64,000 nt of DNA from Trichinella spiralis (Eukaryota). Below are positions 11,461 through 25,487 of the stretch, piece by piece; position 1 is the first letter of the stretch, and the number at the start of each line of letters is the position of its first letter. The stretch covers positions 4,479,293 to 4,543,292 of the forward strand of contig NW_003526944.1 in NCBI RefSeq assembly GCF_000181795.1, given 5' to 3'. The notes below the pieces were generated by a model. It did no database searches. It was not told the origin of the DNA and saw only the letters and a program-made list of their open reading frames with translations. Made by a program: the position numbers and the translations under genes.

Positions 11461-12289
11461 AAGCTGATTTGCTTAATTGAAAAAGAACCTTGACGTAGTT
11501 CTTGCTATTCAACCTTTCCTATGTTAATTAAAGCGAAAAGCTAAATTAACATTATATGCTGGATATATTCATTAAATGATATCATCATGTACACATTCAT
11601 GATGATTCAACCGTATCTCAAAGACAGTTGAAACCAAGTATGATTAATAAAGTCAGTAATGTAAAATATTAAAGCATTTTACATATTTCTATCTCATTTA
11701 TAGTAGATAGCAACATGTTGATACAATTTTAAAGTGATACCTTAGAAACAGTTCGTTACGTTAGATGTAAAATATTGAAATTTGAAGAAACTGAATCTCT
11801 GATTGCCATCACAGAGTGACACAATGCATATTCTAAACTATACTACCAATTAATTACAGAAGAATTAAAATAAATGCAACTTACTAAAATGAATGCCTTT
11901 GCAGCTTTCATGCAAATATTGTATTCACATCACATTTTCGAAATGCAGATGAATATAAATTTGAGGAAATAAAAAATAATAAATGAAAAGCAAAGACGTT
12001 TTAAATGTTATTCTATGATCTTCATCGCAGGAGAATCGTCGTCGCACTTTCACCGCACGCCGTAGGCCAGCAATCATCGAAACTAAAGCATACGTATAGA
12101 AATGGAATAAAAATTTGCATGCATTTTCTGCTAAACAGCTTTCACCGCATCAGCACGTTGAGCAAACAGCAATCTCTTTACAGCTATTTTTGCTCGACAT
12201 ATCCACGTTGGGGCCTCATATAGCAGACAAGCCCGCAACTATATCCATTAGGTTGCACACTTCTTACGAGTGCACAATCCAACGAATCA

Positions 12290-14230
12290 ACCACTAGTGG
12301 AATACGAAAGTATAGACGTTTCCACTACCGTTTGTGATGAAATAATTTTTGCATTTATAATTAATGCAAATAATTATAATTATTTTCACTTGTTTTTAAT
12401 GCATATAATATTATATATCTTTGAATATAGCATATTTAAAAGAGATATAATTATCAAAAAATGAATTTTACAATCAAGAGCATAATTGAAATTCGCACGC
12501 CTAATTAAAATAAGACGATCACATTTAATTATTCATTTATGATATTTGCTGTTCTGTATTGTCTATACGAGATGTTATGAAAAAGGCGTTAGTTGAAAAA
12601 ACTCACATCTTCCATTTGCACCTCATGGCATTACATTGCTGACAAGCCCTCAAAAGCGTGAGACTTCATTTTAATTTTTTAGTCTTTATGAAAGTGAGCA
12701 ATCCAGGAAATCAACCAACAACAGTAGAATACGAACAAGCGGATGTTTTCAGTGCCAATTAATATGAAATAATTCTTCTATTTATAATAACCCCCAGACA
12801 TTATTATTATGATTATTATTATTGCCATTTATTTTTCATTTTGAATAATTTTTTTATTTATTTTGACAGTATTATTATTTTTTATTTTTTATTTTTGACA
12901 GTTATTTCAAAATTCAAAAATGACATTGACGTTTAAAATAAAGTGAAAATATAAACTAACTGACAAATACACGCCATAACAAAACCATTGTCTTAGTCAA
13001 AACCGGCCTCCGCATGTCTTAAGTTTCAATTTGAATATTCAAAAATGACCTACAAAAATAGAACTCATCTAAAAAAGTTTATCACCTAAATATATAAGCA
13101 CACTGCTTTCTTGTGCTGAAAACAGAATTACGAAGACAAAAATTGTAACTTACCAAAATTCTTTGATGATAAAAAATTAAAAAAATAATACAATAAAATG
13201 ATAATGAAGGTAAACAAACTTATTGTATGAAAACTTTGTGTAAGAATATGCATAGCTTTTCTAATGGCGTTTGGTAAAACACATACTCCTTCATTCTGGC
13301 AATAGAATGCTGTAGAACAAGCGGCTGGACAACTTGTATGTCAAACCCATGACATACAGGAGTGCAGAATCCAGCAAGACAACCTTCAGTGGAATACGAA
13401 CATGCGGACGTTTCCACTGCCGGTTAGTATGAAATAATTATTCTACTTATAACAACTCCTGCACATTATGACTATTATTATTGTCATTTATTTTTTATTT
13501 TGTATCCATATTTTTGAATACAACACATTTTGAAGAGAAATGTTTATCAAAAAATCAATTTTATAATCGAAATGAAAAGAGAAAGTGGAAACTGATGATG
13601 ATTTGAGCATTTCAAAGCTTCTAAAATGCTGCCAGCCAGTTTGAACAGCAGTTGTAACATCTGTAGAGGAAATGCCACACAACATATGCAAATTCAAAAA
13701 CAGCAATGTAACAAAGTAGACGAGATATAGATAAAATAAGTGAAAACAGTGGATGATGAGTATTTTGGAATTTTCAACAAATCCGGACCGGAAATTATTT
13801 GGATTATTTCAATTTATGGACGATCCCTTTCACAGTACACTGAAGCAAAAAAACAATAAAGCTGAAAATCGTAAAGCGTCCGCTCTACTTCAGCATGAAA
13901 ATTAAAATATATCATTGTATAATTCACATACGTAATTTTTTTTGCAATTTTCTGTATGAACTTTATCCGAAAAATTGTAAAAGAGTAGAGTGGCCGTTGA
14001 CCGTCTCATCACTGTTAATGCAGCTCCTTTATTTCAGTTGAAGAGCGCTCAACGGCGTATGGGTTCGCCGATATTATCATCACCATCACGGGTGTTCGTA
14101 TGACGAACTGGATACTGGATATACCCAAACCAACACATCAACCATCAGTGGAATACGAACATGCGGACGTCTCCACTGCCGATTTAAATAAAACATTTCT
14201 TCTATTTATAATTAATAGTAGACAAATTAT
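12290..14230 (+). repeat. Four dispersed copies of an exon-end-like motif encoding (P)SVEYEHADVSTA, each with a conserved AT-rich tail
   Basis: Cores at 12295-12327, 12722-12754, 13387-13419 and 14146-14178. Only copy 3 retains a G|GTTAGT donor (13422/13423). Confidence 0.8.
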
Positions 14231-15559
14231 CGCTGCCATTTAATCTTTTTTTTAAACCTATTTGTTTAAAATTTTATATTTTTATTTAAATAAATGCCAA
14301 TTTGATCTATTACAATTCCTTTCTTTCATATTTTAAATTATTATTATTATCATAAAAAGCACAGTTTTGTTTTTGATAAAACCGTTTTATGAAAAAAGTG
14401 CGAAATGAATAATACTATAGTGTCAAAATTTTTGAAAACAATTAATACACGCATTGCTGACTAATGTATTGTCTTAAATTAAAAAAATTATACAAGGAAA
14501 ATTTGCACAAAACAAAAATATTTTTGTCTCCATATTAGATCATACTTCGACTATATTTTATTGAAATGCTATTTCATAGTTTCTTAGCTCAGTTTAACTC
14601 TTCTATTTGCCCTCATTACACCAAATGTCATGAATAATATTAATTTGAAACAATTGAATTTCACTTAATTTATGCACTTTTTGAATATCAAAAGAATAAT
14701 TCATATTTAATAATATTTGTTTCAGAAATTTTAAGTGACTTTGATTTTCAAAAAAATTGATGAAATATAATACGGTTAATCTAGTTATACGTGAAATGAA
14801 TAAAAGGTGCTCGCTACCAAAGAAACGAGTTTTAAGCAACGCTGATTTGCATAGTATGCGCTAAACGTTCTGAGATACAACTCAACGCTGAATTAGATTT
14901 CCTATTGAATTATAAATTTTTATAGCACCTCAACTAAATATAAGATATAAAATATTCAACTTCTGCCAGAAGCTCATTTTTATAATTAAAGTATTTTACT
15001 TTTAATAGTAATTAGTTTGCAATATATTTATTTTCTTATAAAAAATTTTAATATCCTAACAAACTGCTGTTGAACATAAACATGAAATTTCACACAAAAC
15101 AGATTTAATGCATAATTTAGTTATGTTAGATAATCATAAATTGAATATCTATTGTTGGTGCAATTCAAAAATAAAATGCAGCTTACGGAAATAGTCAATT
15201 TTCATTTTCCACCATTTTGAGATAATCTTTTGTGCAGTTTTTATAAAGTGATTGACCAATTGGAATTAAAACATTGATGCTTGTCCTGCTTTCCTTTGAA
15301 TACGTCTTCAATTCTGCTGCCGTCGTAGACCATCAAATTTCAACTGAAGGTCACTAAGAAAACAGCAGAATTTAATTCTTATGTAAATTTCCATTTTGTA
15401 CCTTCATTCAGTAGCACTGGCCAACGATTAGAGAAAATCAGTTATTCAAGCAACCTTTATATCTAGGAAATCTCTTTCGTATCCGTATGGCGAAACTTCT
15501 ATCAGCACAATACCGTCAACATAGTTGATCATCAAATTATTATAAATACAATTTGCTGA

Positions 15560-17045
15560 CTTGTATCATGCAAGTTTGCTTCCCTGGAGAAAATTACGGC
15601 TCTTATCCAGCATGGCGCTTGAAGTTTATCGTGTATAAATTGAACACAAATCAACCGCCAATGGAAGATTGCTTACTGCGGCCAATGAGCTTCTAGAAGC
15701 TTTGAGTTTGCAGCGTCATGGAATCTTTGGATTGGAATAAAACTGTACAAGAATAACAAATGCACCGGGAGTAAAATACGATTGCAATGGAAGTAATTGA
15801 ACGTTTACGAAAACAGTAAAGACCGATATCATGAAATTCATGTAAATTTCGAAAAATGATATTCCAAGAAATTGACTCATTTTTGCGATATACATTGAAT
15901 AAAGAAGTTTGAGTTTGTTTTTAAATGTTTTCAAATAATATTGAACTAACAATCTTTGGAAACATAAAACTTTTTGTGCTGAACACAATTCAATGCACTT
16001 GTTGTTTACATCTCTACAATAAAGTGCTATGCTGTGTATAATCTGCTTCGATTTTCAATGTCGCAATTATTACAATAATCGCCAAGGAAACCAAATCGAC
16101 TAAAATTAATAATGTGATGTTCTAAAGATGTTTTTCCATTTCCTAGTTGAATCTTCTACTGTTGGCACATTGCCGATCATAATACACGGGAACTTTGTCC
16201 ATACTAAAACATGAAGCTTGATTTTCAGTAATTGAAACGCTGTTGTGAATGTATTCATTCAGAATAGTCCCCTTTGTGCAGTATTTTGCAGTTTTGGGCA
16301 TTCCATTTTTCCTTCATTTTCAGACCATTTCAATTAATTTGAAGAATGTTTCGCAACTGAATGGAATATGAATAATACGTTGATTTATTAATTTTTCATC
16401 GATCTATCCATTTATAACGAATCTCCAACACTATTGCTGTTAAACAATCATTAATATCTGATCGCAATAACGTATACATTGCACATCTTTGATTTTTTAA
16501 AAAAAAAGCAGTCATTTCGAACATTTTGTTGAAATGCACCGAAGCCAAATTGCTGCATTAATTCGCATCTCACTCATTCGTACAAGAAAGTTCGTGCACA
16601 GCTTAATTAAACCAAGGGCTAAAAAACACTTCAGGCTTGCGTAGTTATCGCTAGGCCAAATTTACGTAATGGGGATGCACAGTTTAGCACAGATACCTTT
16701 TGTAATTAGTTCTGCTTGGTGTCATCCGCATCTCAATTCTTCACATCTGCAATACTTGGGAAACATCAGATCAAATGCTCCAAAAGTATTCAATGTAAAA
16801 ACATTCAAAGACAAAAATTCTTCTCAATCAGCATTTTTTATGTTGCTAAACAAAATTCTGAGCATTCGAGATTTATTGATAGTGAAAACGTTCAATCATC
16901 AATGCAACCGCACGGTGTCACTCTGATGAGCTTGAAAAGTATCATTCGACCACGAAGCAACAATTTCAGCACTGGAACTTAAATCCGAAAAGTTTATTTA
17001 AACGTTGAGCAGCATGAATCAATCTAAATTGAACACTGCATAAAA
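15560..17045 (+). pseudogene. DNase II-like (plancitoxin-like) pseudogene, near full length, multiply frameshifted
   Basis: Family-like motifs in the correct order: W...FIVYKL (15625), GRLLTA, KFM*ISKNDIP, FVHT (16194), GHSIF (16296), YPFITNL, FLKKKQSFRT, LGKHQIKCSKSIQ, QSSMQPHGV, IEHC. Confidence 0.65.
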
Positions 17046-17175
17046 TGTTCGAAAAGAAATAAAAATAAACAAAAGCAAAACAGCAAAACCATTATTAAAA
17101 TTTACGCAAAACTTGCGTAAAAGTAGAAATTAGTGCAATAAAATGAAGCAATTGCTTCTTTATAAAAAAAGGATA

Positions 17176-17550
17176 TCAATATTTCGCTTCGTCGAACGCT
17201 TTTCGCGCTTTTCTTAATTCTTCATTCATTGTCAACAAATCTTTCACTCTGCTGTATTTTTTAGGGTCGCGGCGAATCAAATACCAGATATCCTCTAATG
17301 TAATACGGCCAGTCTTTCGCACTTCCATTGATTTCAGTGTAAAACTTTTGATAAACTCCATAACAATGTCTTCAAGCAAATCAACAGTTTCTGCAAAAGG
17401 TTGCTTACTGTCGCCAAAACCATACAGCATACAGCGCAGCTCTTTGGTCAGATAGCGCTTCTTGGGTTCACCAGTTTCAGTAGACGATCCTGCCTCGGGA
17501 ACGCTGCTCTCCACGCTTGGCTCGCTATCGTTCACACTACTGTCTTTCAT
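17176..17550 (-). CDS. TAF13: TFIID subunit 13 (histone-fold TAF13), single coding exon, 124 aa
   Basis: Contains KELRCMLYGFGD...ETVDLLEDIVMEFI...IRRDPKKYSRVKDLLTMNEELRKARKAFDE. A TTTTAG acceptor lies 9 nt upstream of the ATG. Confidence 0.97.
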   Translation of the reverse strand: MKDSSVNDSEPSVESSVPEAGSSTETGEPKKRYLTKELRCMLYGFGDSKQPFAETVDLLEDIVMEFIKSFTLKSMEVRKTGRITLEDIWYLIRRDPKKYSRVKDLLTMNEELRKARKAFDEAKY

Positions 17551-18495
17551 TTCAGATTTCTAAAAAGCAATACTTTCCAGTCCTCCTAATAAGTACGAGC
17601 ATTTTTCTAAAAGTGCCTAAAGTTGCAACCAATTAAAACACATCAGTATTTTCCTTTAATCAACTGAAATATCCGCTATTTATACAACAATTTTTACACT
17701 AAAGATCAACAACAAAAAAGGATAAATATAAACGAAACAAATCGAAAATAAATTTATTTCACCAATTCATCGAAAAAACAAGAAAGTGTAACAACACAGC
17801 AACGCAAAATGAGGAAAGAACGAAGAAATTCAACGAGCACAATACAATATGATCTTCTGGAAAAAATTTTCATTAAATATATTATGAAATAATATAATTA
17901 CAAATATACTTTTTTAATAAAATATATTATAAAACTGGCCAAAAATAAGAATAATTTAATTCAACTATAACACCATCACCATATTACCTTTCTACCAGTG
18001 AATGCGGTAAGCAAGGATCAGTGCTATTTTTAAAACTAACAAATTTAACAAATAAAAAATTAAAACATTTAAACGGTGCTTGCGCACACGATAAAATATG
18101 CACTGAACGCACAATGAATGTAAAAATAACACATTCTAAAACAACAATTTTATAGTTCTACTTTATTACAGTATGAATAAAAATTCAAGTTAGTATATTG
18201 TGTTGAACAATTAATTAAAATAAATTTGACTGTGCGTAAAATAGTCAAAATGCATTATTTTAAGTTGAAAAATATTTTTTTAATTTTCTTATATAACGTA
18301 TGTGTAATAAATTTCAAAGAAAATATTCCACTTTCCTACTGTAGCTGAACTCGCTCACTGAAAAATTGTGTAACTGTTTAATTTTTGCTAATGCATGTAA
18401 AATGATACGAATAAAAAAAATAATAATAAATTAATCAAGATAAAACTGCCACAATCTGTTCTAATGGAACTTATTATAATTATTGTTGTTTTTCT

Positions 18496-20311
18496 TCAAT
18501 CGACAATGTTGTACACGTATTTTCGATTTGTTTTGGACTTCGGTTCGGCCGTTTGGCGAGGTGTCTGGCAAGAGACGCTCTTGAATTTCGAATGAACAGT
18601 TTGAACAGCAATATTTCTAGTGGAAGCCTTTTTGACGTACGACTGGAGCAAGAGATCCCGTTTACTTTTGCCCATCACTTTGAACAGAATACGACTCTGC
18701 AGTGGTTTCCCATCGCAGAGGTAGCGGAGTTCGTCCAGCATGTCGTCCCTTTCGCAAAAGGACAATTTGCTTGTTTCAGGATCTACTTGCCGCTTTCTGT
18801 ACTCGTGTTCAATGTCGTTCATCAGCAATTGGAAAAGCAGATCAATTTTTTGCTGCACCACGCTGACGGTCATCGACACCAACGCAAGACCGAGCAGTAC
18901 AAGAATTGAACACATCAACGTATAGCTTGGATACTTTGGCACAACATCGCCTTGAAATCAACAATTTCAACTAAGCCAACTGACAGTATGATTAATTAGC
19001 ACCACTCACCAAGTCCTATTGTTGTGAAGCTGATGAAGAAAAAATAAAAGCTCGTGAAATAGTCCCACTCGTCTTCCCAGAGAAGAAACAACGCCGCTGA
19101 TGTGCAAAGCCAGATAATTTGCAACAGAAGCGCAACACTGAGCGGAACTTCCGCCAGACAGTGGTCGGAACGGTGCAACACGGGCCTGTTGAATGCTAGC
19201 TTGAGCCAACGTAAAATGCAATGCAGCATTTTCAGAAGCATCGTTCCCAACTCTTCGAGAATGTAAAACAATAACGGAATGCCAAACAGACAGTAAATCA
19301 TGGTGAATATTTTGCCCCCTGTTGTACGAGGCACAATGTCGCCATATCCTAAACAATTTAGTTTGTTGAATAGAATTCGTTTTGTTTTTATTAAATATAT
19401 CACATGCAAATGAGTGCGCCTTAGTTCAAAGTAATTGTACAACTTTTCATCTCAAGTGCAAAAGTAGATTCGATATTCATTTATTTATTTATTCCGTATC
19501 ATTCTAGTTTATTAAAAGATAAATTTGAAAACTTTTTATTGAGCACTTTAAACAACTTTAATTTTCGAAACAACCCAGTGAAAAAAAAGTTAAGCACAAA
19601 GGGTTGCAGATAATTTGATTTGCATTGTTTAGTCGAATAAATGAGCAAAAGCATTAATCGAATTATCACAAATCATGAATATTGTAAATTAAATTAGAAA
19701 ATCAAAAAAGAAGGAGAAGAAGACTCACCAATAGTTGTATAGACGGTAACGGCGTAGTAGACCGAGGTCCAAAAGTTGAGCTCCAATTTCGGCGGTTTTG
19801 GCAGTTGAAATTCTGGACACGGTGCCGCTGCTTCCGGCACAAGCGCTTTGCTGTTGTACCAAATCCAAGTATCTCGGACTTGCTGCCAACGTTCGGTGTC
19901 GTTGACATCCTTGCCCAGAATACGCCACAGTTGCAAAGTCGCTTCTTTCTGATAATCGGCAGCCGTGTGAACGCGTGCTCGCAAAATATACGGTCTCGTA
20001 GAACGATTGACCAACTTCGGAATGGTTGGGCCGCCTTCGAGAATGTGAAACAAACATCCGCCCAACAGCGAATAGCCGACCAGAATTAAAAATGGAATCA
20101 GGTGCCATTTCACCGACCACACCAGCAGTGCGTCGATCAGACGAATGGCACGAGTGAAAATACATTTACGCAGTTGGACAGCCGCAGTGGAACAGTGCCC
20201 GAAATTTGGAAGCACCCACCGTCCGCATGCAAATCTGACACGTTCGGATCTGGATGTGAGCCAGCGAGAAAAAGCCGACGAGTGTTCTTCAAATATGCTT
20301 TTCGTTTCCAT
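18496..20311 (-). CDS. Two-pore-domain (K2P/TWK family) potassium channel; exons 20311-19728, 19348-19010, 18950-18496
   Basis: Two pore loops, TTIG|YGD and TTIGLG|D, each split by a phase-1 intron, plus 4 TM segments. The start ATG at 20311 is inferred because the ORF-track start is a GTG. Confidence 0.93.
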
Positions 20312-21793
20312 AATTTCATCGTTTGTATTTTTCACCCCTTTCTGTTCCTCTGCTCAACAACTCAGTAAGCATAAGTTGTGAACAACAATAAATTTCGCTT
20401 TCTCTAAGATTGAAGTAGTAGAAAACAATCAAAACATCAAAGAATATTTCAAAAATTCATCATAAAGTGTAATAATTACTAACGTTCGTTGATTTTTCAT
20501 TTCACACCTAAACAGCATATTTCGCCGGGGCGTGAACTCGGCTAAAAGTTAGTGTCGAATGAACAACAACCAAATTGAAATATTCAAAGTGTAGCAATAG
20601 AAAATTTGTTAATTAACATTCTCCACAATTTCTCAACATCAAACGTATGTGCGCACACACACACACACCTCGCACTCTCTCGTTCGTCGAATCTATACAA
20701 CTTTATGTGTGCTTTACCCATTTAACAACTATAATAATAATAAATAATAATGTTATTATTTATTATCATCATTACAGATAGGGCATACTTTTGCCATTTT
20801 TCACATTACGTTAATCAGCGAATGAAAGAAAAAGAAATTGAAAAACAAAAAGTAAAACTTCAATGTAAAGTGATAGGAAGAAATATTTCAAAATGAAATA
20901 TTATTTCAAAATCAAAATAAACATCCGACCAATCGAAGCTGTTCTCAAAATTTAAAAAATGTTCAATCAGAAACCCGCCGAACTATTGAAAAAAAAAAGA
21001 AAAATTGTGAAAAAACAGTGAAATTTCAAATCAGTGCTATAAAATCAGTTATAAATCAATCTGACAGCAAATCAAAACATGAGAAAACAAAATTTATCAA
21101 AATTTCCAATATGGAAAATGTGATCATTTTTTGTCAACAGCAAGGGCAAAGATTGTTGATTTCAATTCGTATCCATCGCATCAAAAAACTGCATAGCACC
21201 AACGTTGTTGGAAACGAAGAAGTGAAAATTACATTGCTGAACGATTAATTTGAAAAATGAATTAATTTGGCCTTTTTGAATACCGACCGGTGACATCAGT
21301 TAGCACTGAAAGTGAAAAATAAAAATTTCTTTTCAACAACTGTTTGTTCACATTAGATTATTTATTTACAATTCATAGATGCAATAATTTGCATGTATGC
21401 AGACAAAAAACACTGTGGAAAATGATAATTTCACTTCTGATAAAGTGGACAATTTTCACACGCTTCACAATTGTGCAAAGCGTATTTTCCATTATCAAGT
21501 CAATTAGTTTTAATCAATCAATCATTCAATTAATTAAACCCCTTTACATGTATAGCAACATCTGGGAAAGTATTGGTTGAATTGATTCATCCAATTTTCA
21601 TCATCATCATCATCATCATTATCAGCAGCAAACACACACAAACCCAAGCCGTATTTTGACTAAATAAACAACACATTAATTATAAAATTCACGCCCGTCA
21701 AAATGATGCATGCAACTTTACTTCTTTTATAACACACGAAAGAGACATCGCCGGCCGCGGCATTCATTTTTGATCACTTGATGCCGCCAAATT

Positions 21794-24700
21794 TTACGTT
21801 TGAAACAAATTGAGCAATCGGGATGCTTTGCAATCGGCACGAAGTTGAACAAAATTCATCAAAATCGACTTGTCAAAATTTTCCTCCAACACAAAAAAAA
21901 ATATATAATTCAGTCGGCTTGAATAAAATGCTAATTAAAAAGCACAAAAATTAGAATAAAGAAAGAAGCTTACGAGTGTGTTGGACGAGCAGGCGGAGAG
22001 CAAATGGTCGGACGAGACGATCAAAAGATTGCACAAGGCGTGAAGCGTGACGAAAAGCTTCTTCGCTATTGGAATGTTCAATTCGGATACTACCTTGCGA
22101 TATTCGCTAACATCGCACAGCAACAGCATCGCTCCTGGAACAGTAGAAAATTATAGATAAATTCAAAAAACAACTGGAAAATTAATTCACCTTGAGAATT
22201 GTATTGAAATTGATATATATGATCGACAATAACTCGATGAAAACGAACAACCAATTCGGTCAGGGTATTTTCAAGATTTGAACCATCCAAGCTTTCGTTC
22301 ATAATTGCTATTTGCTGAGAAAGATATTTGCAAGCCATACTGCAAGCCTGTGTGTGGATCACAAAACGACAAAAATAAACCGATCAATTAAAATTGGATA
22401 CCAAACACATACGTTGGAACAAAGGGGAATTTCTCCACCATTGTTGTCATCTTCTTCTGGCTTAAATTCTTGCTTTTTTTGTTCCGTAGTTAAAATAAAT
22501 CGCACGTGACCAACTATGGTGGTTAACATTCTTCAAAATTTAAAATAAAATACAGTATAATTGAATATATGAGCAAAAAAAATAACACAACTTGTCAACT
22601 CCTTTGTCTAATTTTGCTTCAATCGTCTCCAAAAGACTTTTTGCATGCTCAAGGCAAGATGTACTCTGCGACGAATTTCTGAAAGTTAAGCTTTTAAGCA
22701 CTAAAACAACAACAATAACAACAAATATACTAAAATTATAATTACTTCAACAATGCACTGACACTGTCGTCGATTTGCTTTTCTAAAAGATGAGAAATTG
22801 CTGCCGTCTGTCGTAGAATATTTAAAAAATCTTTTACACCCTGATTTTCATTTGACTGTATTGCTAAAATTGATGACTTAATTTGAAAGAAAAACAAACA
22901 AAAATTTCCTTCCTTTTACCATTAACAGCTAAATCAACAGCATATTCTAAATGTTCACGGCACAAATATTGCATGAGGATATCCAAAATTTGACGAACAT
23001 TTTCACTCAAATCATTCGCTGATGACAGCTAAAAATGGAATCACATGAAAAAATCAAACCAAGCTAAAGGGAAAAAAACATCTCATAAAATCATAAGTTC
23101 AGCATTTATGACTAACCACACCACAACGATGAAAAGCTAATTTTGTTTCTTGTAAAATATTTATCGCCACTTCTTCAGACAACAGTGAATAATTTGTACG
23201 AGTGTCTTGCATCAGACGCGCTTGCAAATCGCGCTTCAAATCTTGAATTCTAAAAATTTAACAAACAAATTACACTGAGAACAATAAACCACAACAATAT
23301 TTTTTTAATTTTTTCAATTTTATACCCTGAAAAGCCAGATTTTTTTACATGGCCATTCTTTTCGTAAAACTTCTGCAAGATGGACTTGCATTGATCATGC
23401 AAATAGTTTGTTTCAATTCTGAAAATTTATCCTCTGCTAACAGACGAAAACAAAATAAAGAACTCAATTTATACTTGATGTAATCGGGAAGATATTTGGA
23501 AAAAACAGTGTTCACTAGCATCAATATGAAATCTTTTTCTGGACAACATACCAACTCTGAAGTCATTTTATCCACTAGCTTGTTGTTTCTAAATAATAAC
23601 AATAGTAATAATAACGATCAAATAATAAATAAATACATCTTTCACTTACTTTTGAAACAAATCATACAAACTGCTCAAATATAGTTCAGGATCTGAAGCA
23701 TTTGAAAGCTTGGATCGAACGTATCCCTAAAGCAACAGATGATTTAATTGCGAAATATTACCAAACATTCTGTAATTGAAAAAATGATAATTATCATATA
23801 AAATTTAAAAAAAGTATATATTAATTAAAGTGAAGAGTCAAAACACAATTTTATCGAATGCCTCAATAACAATGCTATTGGCTTTTATGAAATAAACGCA
23901 AAATGCATGCAGACAGAATTATGATTCAAAAATATCATTTAAAATATTCAATTACAAAAAAACCGTTCATACCTGCAACTTTCCATGATAAATATTCAAT
24001 ACTAGCTTAGACATGACTTGTTGCGGATTTGGAAAAACATCGTTGATCACTGGATCATGCTTTTGCAACATGTTCCAAATATCAGTGAATATATCGCCTC
24101 CACGAAAAGATTGCTGCAATTTACAATAAATTTACAATTATTTTTTGCCTTATTTTCAGTCGTATAAATATAACTGTATAACTACTACATTATCTGAACT
24201 TAAACTAACTATTAAATTAACATTAAACTATTAAATGTAAGGAGATAATATTTATATTAATGCGAAATACTAAACATAAAAAAACATGAAAAGTAACGTT
24301 TACCCATTGGCACTGTTCAACATAGGCGTCAATAGCTTGCGAGTAACCCTGAAATAAATATATATATAAAACAGTTTATTAATAGTTTTCCAAAATATAA
24401 TGTTTTATTACATTAAATTGAGATAACACATTCGCAATTTGCTTCATTTTCAGTTTAGCATTCGCATGATGATGACGAACAAATTCTTCGATGAGCATTT
24501 TCTCCAATTCATCATATTTGTATGCAATTCTAGTTTGCACAGCTTCATACCTGCATAAAATACGCTATCTGTGAGAAAAAAATAACCAAATAAAACAAGT
24601 TAACTTTTCTTTCGGTAGTTCCATAGCTATAATATGCAACTTGTAAATCACTTCACCAGCTTCAACGAGCTTTATAGAAAAAAAGTTGAAAATAAAATGA

Positions 24701-25487
24701 AATAAAAACCAAATGGAACAGTTACTTTATCCGGATCTGTGAATGTTTCAGACTCTAAAGGCTGATCAGATAAAAATTCGTTGAAGTGAACCATCAACTG
24801 ATAAGCTTCAAATGCGCGGGCTCTTGGAGCAGTAACGCTCTGCAACTGATCGCCAAGATGAACAACTCGAGCTGCTACAGAATTCACTCTTTCGTTTAAC
24901 GTTTTCAACTTGCCATCCGCAATCTGAAATATTTTTTTAAAAAATAGAGACTTTATTAGTAATATACTAGATATTCATCATGTATAAGAGAAATGGACCA
25001 GAAATGCGTATGTTTGTTACATTACATTCAAAGAAACTATATTCAAAATTTTCATTTAAAATGCCAATTCAATTTGATAAATATTCTTTATACAGTATGA
25101 AATAAATAAAAATGTAAATATACAAAAAACAAAAAAAAAATAAAGTTAATATTACTTCGTTTTCTGATACTAATTTCTCTAACGCTGCGCAGAATGTTTC
25201 TTCTTCCTCTCGACATTGATTTTCCAAATTTCGAATCTTTCCTTGACACTGATCAAACAGTATTTGCAAATTACTAATTTCTTCTTCAAGTGCTGCATTC
25301 AAAAACACGGCATCTATCTTATCGCCGCTACCTGGTCCAGTCAATCGCCAGGCCAAACGTTCCACATACTCTTCTGCGTTGAACGCATCCTTTAATATTA
25401 AAAAAATTCAAATTTAAAAATAGCAAACTAACAATCTTGCCTAAAACCGCTTACCGATTCTAAATCTTCTGCATAAGTTCTTAACAT
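21794..25487 (-). CDS. EXOC5: Exocyst complex component 5 (Sec10), multi-exon
   Basis: N-terminus MLRTYAEDLES/DAFNAEEYVERLAWR; internal VAARVVHLGDQLQSVTAPRARA and ESLDGSNLENTLTELVVRFHR; C-terminus NFVQLRADCKASRL. Confidence 0.95.

Noticed and set aside
12295..14178. Palindromic repeats as a CRISPR array
   Set aside because: Eukaryotic context, spacers of 400-730 bp and no cas genes.
16923..16960. CTGATGAG...GAAA hammerhead core
   Set aside because: The required stems do not form, and it lies within the DNase II relic.
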